Shown here in pieces: positions 27,023 to 36,971 of a stretch of DNA of 64,000 nt. Under the pieces are notes generated by a model. It saw only the letters and a program-made list of their open reading frames with translations. It had not been told where the DNA came from and made no database searches. Made by a program: the position numbers and the translations under genes. Within the stretch, counting starts at the first letter, position 1, and every line of letters begins with the position of its first letter. The DNA is from Spirochaetales bacterium. GTDB lineage: Bacteria > Spirochaetota > Spirochaetia > JABEVK01. Location: positions 1-64,000 of the forward strand of contig JBAXAI010000002.1 of the NCBI GenBank assembly GCA_037142615.1, in the 5' to 3' direction.

Positions 27023-27183
27023 TGCGGCGAAAAGGACTTGAATGGGAGCGCCGCCGAGCCTTGAGCGACCCGCAGGGGAGCGGTGCGAGGAAGAGCCCGC
27101 ATGGATGCGGGCGGCAGGCGCGAACCCTGGGCGGCTGGTTTGGCAGGATGCCAAACCACGAAGCCCAAGTCCTTTTCGCCGCA
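27023..27183. repeat. element bounded by 18-bp inverted copies of the tRNA 3' end, with internal palindromes
   Basis: TGCGGCGAAAAGGACTTG (27023-27040) and CAAGTCCTTTTCGCCGCA (27166-27183); hairpins at 27095-27112 and 27136-27158. Confidence 0.85.
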
Positions 27184-27292
27184 AACATTAAAGTCTTTTA
27201 GACTAAGAAATTAGCCTACCGAACAACGGGGGCATATCAACAACGATTCTGCTAGTGTCGCACTTTTGTCGCACTCTGCAGGGAGGAATGAT

Positions 27293-27466
27293 ATGTACCC
27301 CGGGAAAGTTCGCACCCCGTTTTCCCTTTACGAAAGAAAGTTTCCTGGCAGGCCCTCGGTCTGGTACGTCAAGTTTTGGGACGAAAGCTCCCGGAAGTAC
27401 CGCAAGGCCCGGTCCACTGGTGTCGAGGCTGTTGGTAAACGCCGACGACGCGCCGATGCCGAGGCC
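27293..27466 (+). pseudogene. truncated integrase (N-terminal ~58 codons of a close relative of the 1148 integrase)
   Basis: 27166-27466 parallels 1021-1321 at constant offset; MYPGKVRTPFSLYERKF..RRRADAEA, then similarity stops. Confidence 0.9.
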
Positions 27467-27599
27467 TTCCTCGGGCAGTTCTTTGGGAATTGCCAAACCT
27501 GCCTCCTCATCTCAGGCTCGGACGTTTACACGGAGTTTGTTAGGGGCCTACTCGAACCAACAACACGGCAACCAGTACCCCCCAATTGTGACTCCGGTC

Positions 27600-27650
27600 T
27601 TGACAATCCATTTTGCTTGAAGTATATGAATATCATATTGTCAGACAATA
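27600..27650 (+). promoter_or_regulatory. promoter and FadR/GntR-type operator upstream of the transaldolase operon
   Basis: TTGACA at 27600-27605; perfect palindrome TATTGTC-A-GACAATA at 27636-27650; FadR-type regulator is the third gene of the operon. Confidence 0.7.
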
Positions 27651-27675
27651 CGGTTAAATGACCGAGGAGAGAGTT

Positions 27676-28764
27676 GTGAAGGTTTGGAAGAGTGCGTTGC
27701 ACCAGATGGCTGAGACGACAAAAACCCAGCTCTGGAATGATTCATGTGCGGTTTCCGAGTTGACGGAGTCGATGAAACATGGCGCCGTGGGCGCTACCAC
27801 GAACCCAGTGATTGTCGGCAACGTCCTCAAGAAGGAACTTCCGGAATGGAGTCCTCGGATTCTCGAGTTTGTTCACGCCCACCCCTTGGATAGCGAAGAC
27901 GATATCGCTTGGCGCATCATCGAAGAGATGGGCACCACAGCCGCCAAGCTCCTACTTCCGGTGTTTCGAGCTTCGGGCGGCCTGAAAGGCCGCCTTTCCA
28001 TGCAAACAAACCCGAAGTACTGGCGAGACAGCCAAAAAATGGTAGAGCACGCTCTGCACTTGGCCTCTTTGGCCCCGAACATCCAGGTCAAGATTCCCAC
28101 CACCTTCGCCAGCCTGTCCGCGTTCGAAGAGGTCACCTACCGTGGGGTGAGTATCAACGCAACGGTAAGTTTCACTGTTGCCCAGGCCGTCGCAGTTGCC
28201 GAAGCCGTCGAACGCGGGTTGGCCCGCCGCCGGCGGGAAAGTCTGGACTGCTCAGCCATGAGCCCGGTCGTCACCATCATGGTAGGTCGGGTGGACGACT
28301 GGCTCAAGAAAGTTGCCGAAAAGCAAGGGATCATCACCGACCCGGGCTACTTGGAGTGGGCGGGAGTTGCGGTTTTCAAGCACGCCTACGAGATCTACCA
28401 GCAGAGGGGCTACAGGTCAAAACTGCTCTCCGCGGCCTATCGCAACCACATGCATTGGTCTGAGTTCATTGGAGGAGACGTGGTCGTAAGCATCCCGTTT
28501 GACTGGCAACAGAGGTTCGTCGCAAGCGATGTGACTTGCGAATCCAGGATGGCCAACCCAGTCAACCCAGTCGCCGTTGGCGAGCTCCTCCGCAAGTTCC
28601 CGGATTTCGTCAAGGCGTATGAGGAGGGAGCGTTGATACCTGCGGAGTTTGACAGCTACGCCCCGACCCGCCGCACGCTGCGGCAGTTCATCGCCGCGTA
28701 TGATGAAGTCGTCAGCATTGTCCGAAACCTAATGATCCCTGACCCCGACCTGAAGGGTCAATAA
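27676..28764 (+). CDS. transaldolase-family protein
   Basis: WNDS, GATTNP, NIQVKIP (Schiff-base Lys), INATVSF, VGRVDD; GAGGAG before GTG 27676 (ATG 27658 is an alternative). Confidence 0.85.
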   Translation: MKVWKSALHQMAETTKTQLWNDSCAVSELTESMKHGAVGATTNPVIVGNVLKKELPEWSPRILEFVHAHPLDSEDDIAWRIIEEMGTTAAKLLLPVFRASGGLKGRLSMQTNPKYWRDSQKMVEHALHLASLAPNIQVKIPTTFASLSAFEEVTYRGVSINATVSFTVAQAVAVAEAVERGLARRRRESLDCSAMSPVVTIMVGRVDDWLKKVAEKQGIITDPGYLEWAGVAVFKHAYEIYQQRGYRSKLLSAAYRNHMHWSEFIGGDVVVSIPFDWQQRFVASDVTCESRMANPVNPVAVGELLRKFPDFVKAYEEGALIPAEFDSYAPTRRTLRQFIAAYDEVVSIVRNLMIPDPDLKGQ

Positions 28765-28775
28765 GAGGAGTTCCT

Positions 28776-30296
28776 ATGTCGTCCCCCCAACGGCTGAAGT
28801 TCTGTGTCGATGGAGTCTGGAAGGACTCGAAGACTGACCGGTTTATCGACATGTTCAACCCCAGCACCGGCGAAGTGATGGCCAAGGTGCCGTGTTGCAC
28901 AGAAGAGGAGATCAGCGCTGCCATCGCTTCGGCACACGCTGCCTATCCACGCTGGAGCGCCACCCCTGCGACCAAGCGTGTCCAAGTCCTGTTCCGATTT
29001 AGAGAACTGCTGGACAAGCACATGGAAGAACTCGTCGTTCTCTGCTCAACCGAGCATGGCAAGACCCTCGAAGAGTCCCGCGGTGACCTTCTCAAGGTAA
29101 GAGAACCCGTCGAGATGGCTTGCGGCACGCCGTCGCTGATGATGGGCGAATCCCTCATGAACGCCTCAACCGGGTTTGACACCGTGCTTTACCGCGAGCC
29201 TCTTGGAGTCTTCGTCGGGCTGGTGCCTTTCAATTTCCCGGGGATGATCCCTATGGGGTGGATGATGCCCTTGTGTATAGCAACAGGCAATACCCTGGTC
29301 CTCAAGGCTTCCAACGCCACTCCCATGACTGCGATGCGACTCCTGGAGTTGCTTTATGAGGCGGGACTGCCCAAAGGCGTCGTCAATCTACTGACAACGC
29401 ATAATGACGATGCCCACGCGTTCCTGATCCACCCCGATGTCCGGGGAGTCTCGTTCGTCGGTTCGACCGCAATAGGACTTCAGGTTTACGCCACGGCGGC
29501 GGCCCATGGAAAGCGGGTCCAGGCACAGTGCGAGGCGAAGAACCACGCGCTTGTCCTCGAGGATGCCAATCTCGAGGGCGCTGCGCGGGCCATCATCAAC
29601 TCCGCCTTCGGTTGCGCCGGGGAACGGTGCATGGCCCTGCCTGTTGTAGTCGCTCAGGAAAGTATCGCCGACCGATTGGTCGCCTTACTTGTAAGTTACG
29701 CCTCAGACCTCAGGATGGGCCCCGGTTACGAGTCCCATTCTGAACTCGGACCGGTTGTCTCAGAAAATCGTCGGCAATCTATTTTGGGCTGGATCGAAAC
29801 CGGTGTGAAAGAAGGCGCCAGCCTTGTCCTCGACGGTCGGGACTGGGTGGCGAAGGGGTTCGAAAAGGGCTTCTTCTTGGGACCCACCATCCTCGACCAT
29901 GTGAAGCCGGGGATGACCGTCGGGGATACAGAGATCTTCGGCCCGGTGGTCTGTATCAAACGGGTGTCAAGTTTTGAGGAAGGCCTGAGACTGATGAATG
30001 CCAATGCGTTCGCCAACGGGTCCATCATCTTCACCCAAAGCGGCTACTACAGCCGTGAGTTCAGCATGCGCTCCGACGCCGGCATGGTCGGAGTAAACGT
30101 CGGCATCCCTGTCCCCGTCGGCATGTTCCCTTTTGCCGGGCACAAGAAATCGTTCTTCGGGGACCTCCACGTTTTGGGCAAAGACGGCATCCGGTTCTAT
30201 ACTGAGTCGAAAGTTGTGACCAGCAAGTGGTTCCACCCGGAGACCGTCGCGACAGCAGGCAAAGTCGACACTTGGGAAGGCTCAATTGCCCGATAG
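28776..30296 (+). CDS. iolA: CoA-acylating (methyl)malonate-semialdehyde dehydrogenase
   Basis: PFNFP, SFVGST, AKNH, GERCMA, EIFGPV, GVNVGIPVP, SFFGDLH; next to iol genes. Confidence 0.88.
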   Translation: MSSPQRLKFCVDGVWKDSKTDRFIDMFNPSTGEVMAKVPCCTEEEISAAIASAHAAYPRWSATPATKRVQVLFRFRELLDKHMEELVVLCSTEHGKTLEESRGDLLKVREPVEMACGTPSLMMGESLMNASTGFDTVLYREPLGVFVGLVPFNFPGMIPMGWMMPLCIATGNTLVLKASNATPMTAMRLLELLYEAGLPKGVVNLLTTHNDDAHAFLIHPDVRGVSFVGSTAIGLQVYATAAAHGKRVQAQCEAKNHALVLEDANLEGAARAIINSAFGCAGERCMALPVVVAQESIADRLVALLVSYASDLRMGPGYESHSELGPVVSENRRQSILGWIETGVKEGASLVLDGRDWVAKGFEKGFFLGPTILDHVKPGMTVGDTEIFGPVVCIKRVSSFEEGLRLMNANAFANGSIIFTQSGYYSREFSMRSDAGMVGVNVGIPVPVGMFPFAGHKKSFFGDLHVLGKDGIRFYTESKVVTSKWFHPETVATAGKVDTWEGSIAR

Positions 30297-30320
30297 TGAT
30301 ACGATGGCCGGGGAGTCATC

Positions 30321-31049
30321 ATGACTGAAGACTTGAGCGAGAAACTGCGTCAGAAGACCGTCGTTACGCAGGTCATGGAACGGATCAAGGATCTGATCGC
30401 CTCCGGCCAGTATGGCCCGGGGGATCGGTTTCCCACTGAGCAGGAACTGGCCGAGAGGTTCGGTACAGGTCGGTCGAGCATCCGTGAGGCGATTCGAATC
30501 TTCCACCACCTTGGGGTCGTCGAAACAAGGGTTCCCAAGGGGACTTTTGTGGGAGACAGGTCCACAATTGCCACCGAAGCCATCACCTGGGCCCTTCTGT
30601 TGGGGCCCAACGACAAGCTGGAGGTCATTGAGCTACGACAGGTTTTGGAGGAGCGGGGCTTTCGCAAGGTCGCCGAAGGGTGGGCGGACGGTACTTCGAT
30701 GGCTACCCGCGCCCTGGAGGCACTCGGAGCAGCAGTAGAAGTGATGGAGGCTTGTGCCAAACGAGGTGATTACGATGGTTTGGTCCTCGCAGACTACCAG
30801 TTCCACGAAACCATCGTGGTCGAGAGCGGAAACTCGCTGTTCGCTGCTTTGTTTCATACTCTGCACCACTTTACTGAAGAAGAGATCCGCGCCACCCACT
30901 ACTCACTGTCGGATCTCCTGGAAATAGCCCGAGATCACCGGGACATCGTCCAGTCGCTGAGGGTAGGGACGGTAGAGAGTGCCGTGTCACGACACCGCGC
31001 CCACTTCGATCGGATTCGCAGTCTCCTTGAGTCTCGCAACCCTACCTGA
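30321..31049 (+). CDS. GntR/FadR-family transcriptional regulator
   Basis: PGDRFPTEQELAERFGTGRSSIREA wHTH; FCD domain DYQFHE..SGN..H..I. Confidence 0.92.
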   Translation: MTEDLSEKLRQKTVVTQVMERIKDLIASGQYGPGDRFPTEQELAERFGTGRSSIREAIRIFHHLGVVETRVPKGTFVGDRSTIATEAITWALLLGPNDKLEVIELRQVLEERGFRKVAEGWADGTSMATRALEALGAAVEVMEACAKRGDYDGLVLADYQFHETIVVESGNSLFAALFHTLHHFTEEEIRATHYSLSDLLEIARDHRDIVQSLRVGTVESAVSRHRAHFDRIRSLLESRNPT

Positions 31050-31872
31050 AGAGACTCGCCTCCGACTTGATCCATACATGGTCCGGGTCGTCATGAAACT
31101 TCCAAGTGCGGCGAGGTCCCGCCATGACATTCAAGTAGTACAATTCGTACCCAGGCGCGGCAGCCACGGGGTGGTAGCCCCGCGGTACCATTACGGTGTC
31201 ACCATCCTTGACGGTGAGAGTTACTCCTCGGTCCCCGTCTTCGTAAAGCCTCTGGATAGCGAAGCCGTTCCGGGGTGGATCGATGCGGAAGTAGTAGGTC
31301 TCCTCAAGGTAGGACTGGCTCGGAAGGTCGTCCACATCGTGTCGGTGCGGGGGGTAACTGGACCAGTGACCGTTGGGCGTGTAGACCTCTGTGATAAGCA
31401 GACTGTCGGCGGGTTGTGTTTCGGGCAAGACGTTGAAAATAGTACGGCTGGTGGACGCGTAGCCCCGCGCCTCAATGCTGACGTCTTCGCTTCGGATGAG
31501 GCGGGCTGGGAACTTGCCCCGACCGGGAGCACTGCAAACGGCAAACTCCAGACGGGTCAGTGCACTGACGCGGAACCAGTCATTGTGTGGAACGTAAACG
31601 GAGACTGGCGGGATTCGCTCGAAGACTGACTCGCGCTTCCCTATTTCCATCCAGGCTGATTGTGAGGTCACGATGTCGGCTTTTCCGCTGAGCAAGACGA
31701 TGCAGAACTCTCGGTCGTCTGTCTTTTTGGCAAACGTCTCCGATGGCCCTAGGGAGTAGACAGCGAACCCGACGTACTTCCAATTCGCCGATTCCGGCGT
31801 AATCTCCAAGACGCGACCATCAGGTTCCGGAAGGGTAGCGTGAATGAGGTACTGATCCATCGCGCTATCCAA
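31042..31872 (-). CDS. iolB: 5-deoxy-glucuronate isomerase
   Basis: WKYVGF, EVYTP.GHWSSYPPHRHD, LEETYY, VPRGYHP, YLNVMAGP. Confidence 0.95.
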   Translation of the reverse strand: MDSAMDQYLIHATLPEPDGRVLEITPESANWKYVGFAVYSLGPSETFAKKTDDREFCIVLLSGKADIVTSQSAWMEIGKRESVFERIPPVSVYVPHNDWFRVSALTRLEFAVCSAPGRGKFPARLIRSEDVSIEARGYASTSRTIFNVLPETQPADSLLITEVYTPNGHWSSYPPHRHDVDDLPSQSYLEETYYFRIDPPRNGFAIQRLYEDGDRGVTLTVKDGDTVMVPRGYHPVAAAPGYELYYLNVMAGPRRTWKFHDDPDHVWIKSEASLFR

Positions 31873-32887
31873 TGATCTCAGAAACTCTGACAGGACGCTG
31901 CTCTATCAGGGATCGTTTGGCCGCAAGGGCGACCAGCAAGTCCTGCAGGCCATCTTCACCTGAGACCAGGACCGGAGACTCGTTGCGCACTGCTTCGAGG
32001 AAGGCCATCACCTCGGCGACGAACGCCTCTCGGTAGCGCTCCAAGAAGAAGAAGAGCGGCTTCTCCGTCATGACGCCTTCTTCGGTGGAGACTCGGACCG
32101 TGGAAGGAAGGTCGTTCTCGGCACTCGCGGACCCCTTAGATCCGAACACCTCGACACGTTGGTCGTAGCCGTAGACAGCCTTGCGGGAGTTGTCGATGAC
32201 CGCAAGAGCTCCATTGGCAAACCGAAGAGTGACAACGGCCGTATCGATGTCGCCCGCCTTTCCAATCAGTGGATCAACCAGTACCGCACCCGCAGCATAG
32301 ACTTCGGTTACCTCGCTACCAGCTTGAAAACGGGCCATGTCAAAGTCATGGATCGTCATGTCAAGAAACATCCCGCCGGAAACCGCAGCATACTCCGGCG
32401 ACGGAGGTGATGGGTCCCGACTGGTGATCTTGATCAGGTGAGGTTGGCCGATCGTTCCCGCCAGTGTCGTCTCGCGGATCTTGCGGAAGTTGTGGTCGAA
32501 CCGCCGGTTGAACCCAACCTGAAGCCTGACACCCGCAGTTTGGACGGCCTTGAGGGCCGCACGGACCTTTTCGACGGTGAGGTCAACCGGCTTCTCGCAG
32601 AAGATGTGTTTGCCTGCTCGGGCCGCGCGGATGACCAGATCGGCATGGGTATCCGTAGAAGTACAGATGAAGACGGCCGAAATGGTGTTGTCTGACAAGA
32701 TAACCTCAGGGTCTGTCGTGACGACCGGTACTCCGAGGTTATCCAGCCATGCCCTCGTCTCGTCGGGCATGACCACGTCTGCTACCGCGATGAGCTCGGC
32801 GTCTGGAAGGAAGTTGACAATGTTTGACGCGTGGATCTTGCCGATTCGACCGCATCCAAGTATTCCTACCCTTATTCGCTTCGACAC
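31865..32887 (-). CDS. iolG: inositol 2-dehydrogenase
   Basis: GCGRIG..H, CEKP, GFNRRFD, TSRDP, DMTIHDFD, YGYDQRVE; AAGGAG before GTG 32887. Confidence 0.92.
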   Translation of the reverse strand: MSKRIRVGILGCGRIGKIHASNIVNFLPDAELIAVADVVMPDETRAWLDNLGVPVVTTDPEVILSDNTISAVFICTSTDTHADLVIRAARAGKHIFCEKPVDLTVEKVRAALKAVQTAGVRLQVGFNRRFDHNFRKIRETTLAGTIGQPHLIKITSRDPSPPSPEYAAVSGGMFLDMTIHDFDMARFQAGSEVTEVYAAGAVLVDPLIGKAGDIDTAVVTLRFANGALAVIDNSRKAVYGYDQRVEVFGSKGSASAENDLPSTVRVSTEEGVMTEKPLFFFLERYREAFVAEVMAFLEAVRNESPVLVSGEDGLQDLLVALAAKRSLIEQRPVRVSEIIG

Positions 32888-32899
32888 CTTTTGTCTCCT

Positions 32900-32981
32900 T
32901 TGAAACCGTTCCCACAAGACACTACCAGACCAATTTCGTTTTGTCAAACACCTTGAAACCGTTCCCATGATCCAGTACAGT
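32900..32981. promoter_or_regulatory. divergent iolG/iolD promoters with two identical LacI-type operators
   Basis: TTGAAACCGTTCCCA at 32900-32914 and 32953-32967; minus-strand TTGACA (32942-32947)/TAGTGT; plus-strand TTGAAA/TACAGT, each with 17-bp spacer. Confidence 0.8.
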
Positions 32982-33009
32982 GACATGAAGGCATTCCAAG
33001 GAGGCAGAA

Positions 33010-34944
33010 TTGGCACGTATAAGGATGACAACCGCCCAAGCACTGGTGAGGTTCCTGAACCAACAGTATCTCGAAGTGGATGGAGTGCAGCACCCTTACG
33101 TTCGAGGAGTCATGGCCATCTTTGGCCACGGGAATGTCCTCGGTCTGGGGCAGGCGCTTCTTGAGCAACCCGGCCACCTGGTGGTCCACCAAGCCCGTAA
33201 TGAGCAAGGAATGGGCCATGCAGCCATAGGCTTCGCCAAGCAGAAGCGGCGCCGTCAGATCTACGCCTGCACTTCCTCGGTTGGACCCGGTGCGGCGAAC
33301 ATGGTAACGGCTGCCGCCACTGCCACGGCAAACCGTATTCCTGTCCTCTTTCTGCCCGGTGACGTCTACGCGACCCGGCAGCCGGACCCAGTTCTTCAAC
33401 AACTTGAGCACTTCCATGACCTCGGAATCTCGACGAACGATGCCTTTCGGTCGGTGAGCAAGTATTGGGACCGGATCAATCGTCCTGAGCAACTGATGAC
33501 GGCCCTCATCCACGGTTTCCGTGTCCTCACAAGCCCGTCAGACACCGGCGCCGTCACCATCGCGCTTCCCCAGGACGTCCAGGGAGAAGCCTGGGACTTC
33601 CCCGAAGAGTTCTTCGCGAAACGGGTCCACTACTTCGATCGGCGCCGCCCGAGTTCTGTCACTCTGCAGCAGGGTGTCGACCTCATCTCCCGCAAATCCC
33701 GACCACTCCTGATTTGCGGTGGCGGAGTGCCCTACTCTGACGCGGCGGCGGCTTTCCTTCGTCTTGCCGAGGAGTTTCAGATTCCCTTTGGCGAGACCCA
33801 GGCTGGTAAGGGGGTGATTGCCTGGGACCATCCCCTCAATCTCGGTGGTATCGGCACGACGGGTACTCTGGCCGCCAATACTCTGGCCCGAACCGCCGAT
33901 GTCGTGATCGGGGTCGGCACCCGATATACCGACTTTACCACGGCTTCCAAATCGCTCTTCCAGGATCCGAACGTCGAGTTCGTCAACATCAACATCGCTG
34001 AGTTCGACGCCGTCAAGCTTGATGGGGTCTCCTTGGTTGCCGACGCTCGGGCGGGGGTCGAAGCACTGGCCGAAGGTTTGCGAGGCCGTCAGTGGTCTGG
34101 CCTTCGATCGGAATCAGCGACACTGGCGAAACAGGGCTGGGTCAGAGAACTGGCCAGGCTCGACGAGGTGCGGTACTTCGGAAAAAGGTTCCGTCCGGAA
34201 GTCAAGTGTCCTTCAAACCAGTTGTTGCCCGAATACGGGACCCTCCACGGTTCTTGGCTCACCCAAACGAGGGTTCTGGGTCTTCTGAACCAGTTGCTCG
34301 CCGGTGACGCAATTGTCGTGGGCTCTTCTGGAAGCTTGCCAGGCGATCTTCAGAGGATGTGGCGACCCTCGGCTCCGGGTTCCTACCATGTGGAGTACGG
34401 TTTCTCGACCATGGGCTATGAGGTCAATGCTGCCTTGGGAGTCAAGCTTGCGTGCCCAGATCGGGAGGTCTACGCGATGGTCGGCGACGGGTCCTACCTG
34501 ATGTCTCATAGCGAGCTGCCGACCTCATTGCAGGAAGGTGCCAAGATCAATGTCCTTCTGTTCGACAACATGAGTTTCGGGTGCATCAACAACCTGCAGA
34601 TGAGCCATGGGATGGCCAGTTTCGGCACGGAGTTCCGATCTCGGAACGCGGCTACCGGGAGGCTCGACGGACGACTGATCCCTACCGATTTTGCTAAGTC
34701 TGCCGAGGCATACGGCTGCAAAAGCTACCGCGTCACGACTGAGGAAGAGCTGATCTTGGCGGTTAAGGACTCCCAGACGCAGACAAGGTCCACGCTTATC
34801 GACATCAAGGTCCTGCCGAAAACCATGACCGACGGCTACCTCGCTTGGTGGAGAACGGGAGACGCCCAGATCGCAAAGGATCCCAAGCTCGTGCGTTTGG
34901 CCAAGCAGAACGCAAAGGTGCTCAAACGTGCCCGCCAGTACTAG
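33010..34944 (+). CDS. iolD: 3D-(3,5/4)-trihydroxycyclohexane-1,2-dione acylhydrolase
   Basis: [55 protein letters not shown] (ThDP motif). Confidence 0.96.
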   Translation: MARIRMTTAQALVRFLNQQYLEVDGVQHPYVRGVMAIFGHGNVLGLGQALLEQPGHLVVHQARNEQGMGHAAIGFAKQKRRRQIYACTSSVGPGAANMVTAAATATANRIPVLFLPGDVYATRQPDPVLQQLEHFHDLGISTNDAFRSVSKYWDRINRPEQLMTALIHGFRVLTSPSDTGAVTIALPQDVQGEAWDFPEEFFAKRVHYFDRRRPSSVTLQQGVDLISRKSRPLLICGGGVPYSDAAAAFLRLAEEFQIPFGETQAGKGVIAWDHPLNLGGIGTTGTLAANTLARTADVVIGVGTRYTDFTTASKSLFQDPNVEFVNINIAEFDAVKLDGVSLVADARAGVEALAEGLRGRQWSGLRSESATLAKQGWVRELARLDEVRYFGKRFRPEVKCPSNQLLPEYGTLHGSWLTQTRVLGLLNQLLAGDAIVVGSSGSLPGDLQRMWRPSAPGSYHVEYGFSTMGYEVNAALGVKLACPDREVYAMVGDGSYLMSHSELPTSLQEGAKINVLLFDNMSFGCINNLQMSHGMASFGTEFRSRNAATGRLDGRLIPTDFAKSAEAYGCKSYRVTTEEELILAVKDSQTQTRSTLIDIKVLPKTMTDGYLAWWRTGDAQIAKDPKLVRLAKQNAKVLKRARQY

Positions 34945-35959
34945 GGTCATTGGGACGGCGGCCGACGGGCCCCGTGGATTCACGGACGACCAGCTCTGGT
35001 GCGATGGTCACTTCACGTTCCTGGGGTTCCTTCGACTCGAGCAGGTCCTGCAGTACCGAAGTGGTTCGCAGGCCCAATTCCCCGATCGACTGGCTTACCG
35101 TGGACAGCGCGGGCCCCAAGAACGTCACAACGTCGATGTCGTCAAACCCGATGATCGAGACATCGGCAGGAACTCGAAGTCCATGTTCGAATGCGCAGCG
35201 CACGGCACCGATTGCCAGCTCGTCCGTGACTGCGAACACGGCGCTGTGGTCTCGACCACTATTGAGCAGGGCCTCCATACCCAGACGTCCAGCCTCCATA
35301 GAGTAGGACTTCATTCGCACCACATCGGCCGCGTCCAGGGTCACGCCCTGAGAGGCCAGTGCTTCCTCAAATCCTTGATGTCGAAGCCTGTCAAAACCGA
35401 AACCTGGGCCTCCGAGCAAAGCTGCACGCTGGTGCCCGAGTGCTACCAGGTGCCTCGCCGCCAGCGCAGCGCCCCGAACGTCATCGACGCTCACCGAGGC
35501 CAGGCCCACGTCGGGGAGCCGGAACGTGCACAGCACTGTGGGAAGTCGACGGCCCTGCAGGTACCTGTAGAAGGCGGGATGTGTCACCTCGTGGATGCAG
35601 ATCACACCGTCCAGTCTCTCAGCCTTCAAGCGCGGCAAGAAACTTGGTTCCCCTGTCGCCCCCCAAGCCTCAAAGAAGAAGTCCGTGCGGTACCCCAGGT
35701 GTTCCAGGTGGTGTTCGATGTGTGCGAACAGTTGCCGCTGGAACATGTTGAAGGCTTCTGGGATGACAATCCCGATGGTGAACGTCCGTTGTTGGGCCAT
35801 GCTTCGGGCCGCCCGGTTGGGCACGAAGCCAAGCGAATCGATAATGGTCAAAATGCGATCGCGCAGTTCAGGCGCGACCCGGGCGCTACCCGTCAGGACC
35901 CGAGAAACTGTCGATTTCGAGGTACCAGCAAGTCTGGCAATGTCGATGATGCTCACCAT
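34922..35959 (-). CDS. LacI-family transcriptional regulator
   Basis: [46 protein letters not shown]; start ATG 35959. Confidence 0.93.
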   Translation of the reverse strand: MVSIIDIARLAGTSKSTVSRVLTGSARVAPELRDRILTIIDSLGFVPNRAARSMAQQRTFTIGIVIPEAFNMFQRQLFAHIEHHLEHLGYRTDFFFEAWGATGEPSFLPRLKAERLDGVICIHEVTHPAFYRYLQGRRLPTVLCTFRLPDVGLASVSVDDVRGAALAARHLVALGHQRAALLGGPGFGFDRLRHQGFEEALASQGVTLDAADVVRMKSYSMEAGRLGMEALLNSGRDHSAVFAVTDELAIGAVRCAFEHGLRVPADVSIIGFDDIDVVTFLGPALSTVSQSIGELGLRTTSVLQDLLESKEPQEREVTIAPELVVRESTGPVGRRPNDPSTGGHV

Positions 35960-35997
35960 AGCTCGTTCTAGCATAGAGACGATACAAGGAGGAATCA

Positions 35998-36894
35998 ATG
36001 TTGAACAAGAATAGAGTCAGGCTCGGAATCGCTCCCATCGGCTGGACCAACGATGACCTGCCCGAACTCGGAGGCGCCAACACTTTTGAGCAATGCGTCA
36101 GCGAGATGGCGCTAGCGGGATTTTCCGGCAGCGAGGTCGGAAACAAGTACCCGCGAGATCCAGCTGTACTGAACAAGGCATTGGGTCTCAGAGGACTGAC
36201 GATTTGCAACGCCTGGTTCAGCAGTTACCTGACCACAAAGACACTCAAGGAGAACATCGGGGCGTTTCTCGAGCATCGAGACTTTCTGCACGCCGTAGGT
36301 GCCAGGGTCATCGGTGCCTCGGAGCAGGGACACAGCATTCAGGGGCAAATTGAGACTCCGATTCTCGGCCGCAAGCCGGTCTTCACAGACGACGAGTGGA
36401 AAAGGTTGGCCGACGGACTTGACGAACTGGGGAGTCTGGCTGCCGACAAGGGTATGATCCTGACCTACCATCACCATATGGGTACAGGGGTGCAGACTGT
36501 CGAGGAAATCGACCGCCTCATGTCTTCAACGGATGCGTCGAAGCTCTCCCTCTTGTTCGATTCAGGACACCTGACTTTTGCCGGAATCGACCCCGCTGAG
36601 GTTCTCAGAAAGTACATCCACCGTGTTCGCCACGTTCATCTCAAAGATGTCCGAACCGATGTTCTTAAACGGGTGAAGAAGGAGAACTGGAGCTTCCTGA
36701 GGGCCGTCAGGGAAGGGGTCTTCACGGTTCCTGGCGACGGTTCTGTCGACTACTTGCCGATTCTCAAGGTTCTGGAGACCACAGAGTACAACGGGTGGAT
36801 TGTCGTCGAGGCAGAGCAAGACCCAGCGATCGCTAACCCGCTGGAATACGCAATCAAGGCCAGGAAGTTCCTAAGGGAAACTACGGGCCTCTAG
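35998..36894 (+). CDS. iolE: myo-inosose-2 dehydratase
   Basis: [44 protein letters not shown]. Confidence 0.96.
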   Translation: MLNKNRVRLGIAPIGWTNDDLPELGGANTFEQCVSEMALAGFSGSEVGNKYPRDPAVLNKALGLRGLTICNAWFSSYLTTKTLKENIGAFLEHRDFLHAVGARVIGASEQGHSIQGQIETPILGRKPVFTDDEWKRLADGLDELGSLAADKGMILTYHHHMGTGVQTVEEIDRLMSSTDASKLSLLFDSGHLTFAGIDPAEVLRKYIHRVRHVHLKDVRTDVLKRVKKENWSFLRAVREGVFTVPGDGSVDYLPILKVLETTEYNGWIVVEAEQDPAIANPLEYAIKARKFLRETTGL

Positions 36895-36971
36895 TGGTCT
36901 GCCGGTGAGGAGAGGAGGAAGACCCTCGGCCACCAGCCCACAACGATCGAATGGGAAAAGAGGAACCAACC

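Noticed and set aside
26724-27496. Minus-strand ORFs over attR and the mini-element
   Set aside because: Antisense readings of tRNA-derived and palindromic sequence
30979-31629. 216-aa plus-strand ORF
   Set aside because: Antisense shadow of iolB
34928-35971. 347-aa plus-strand ORF between iolD and iolE
   Set aside because: Antisense shadow of the clear LacI gene; no kinase motifs, so it is not the missing iolC
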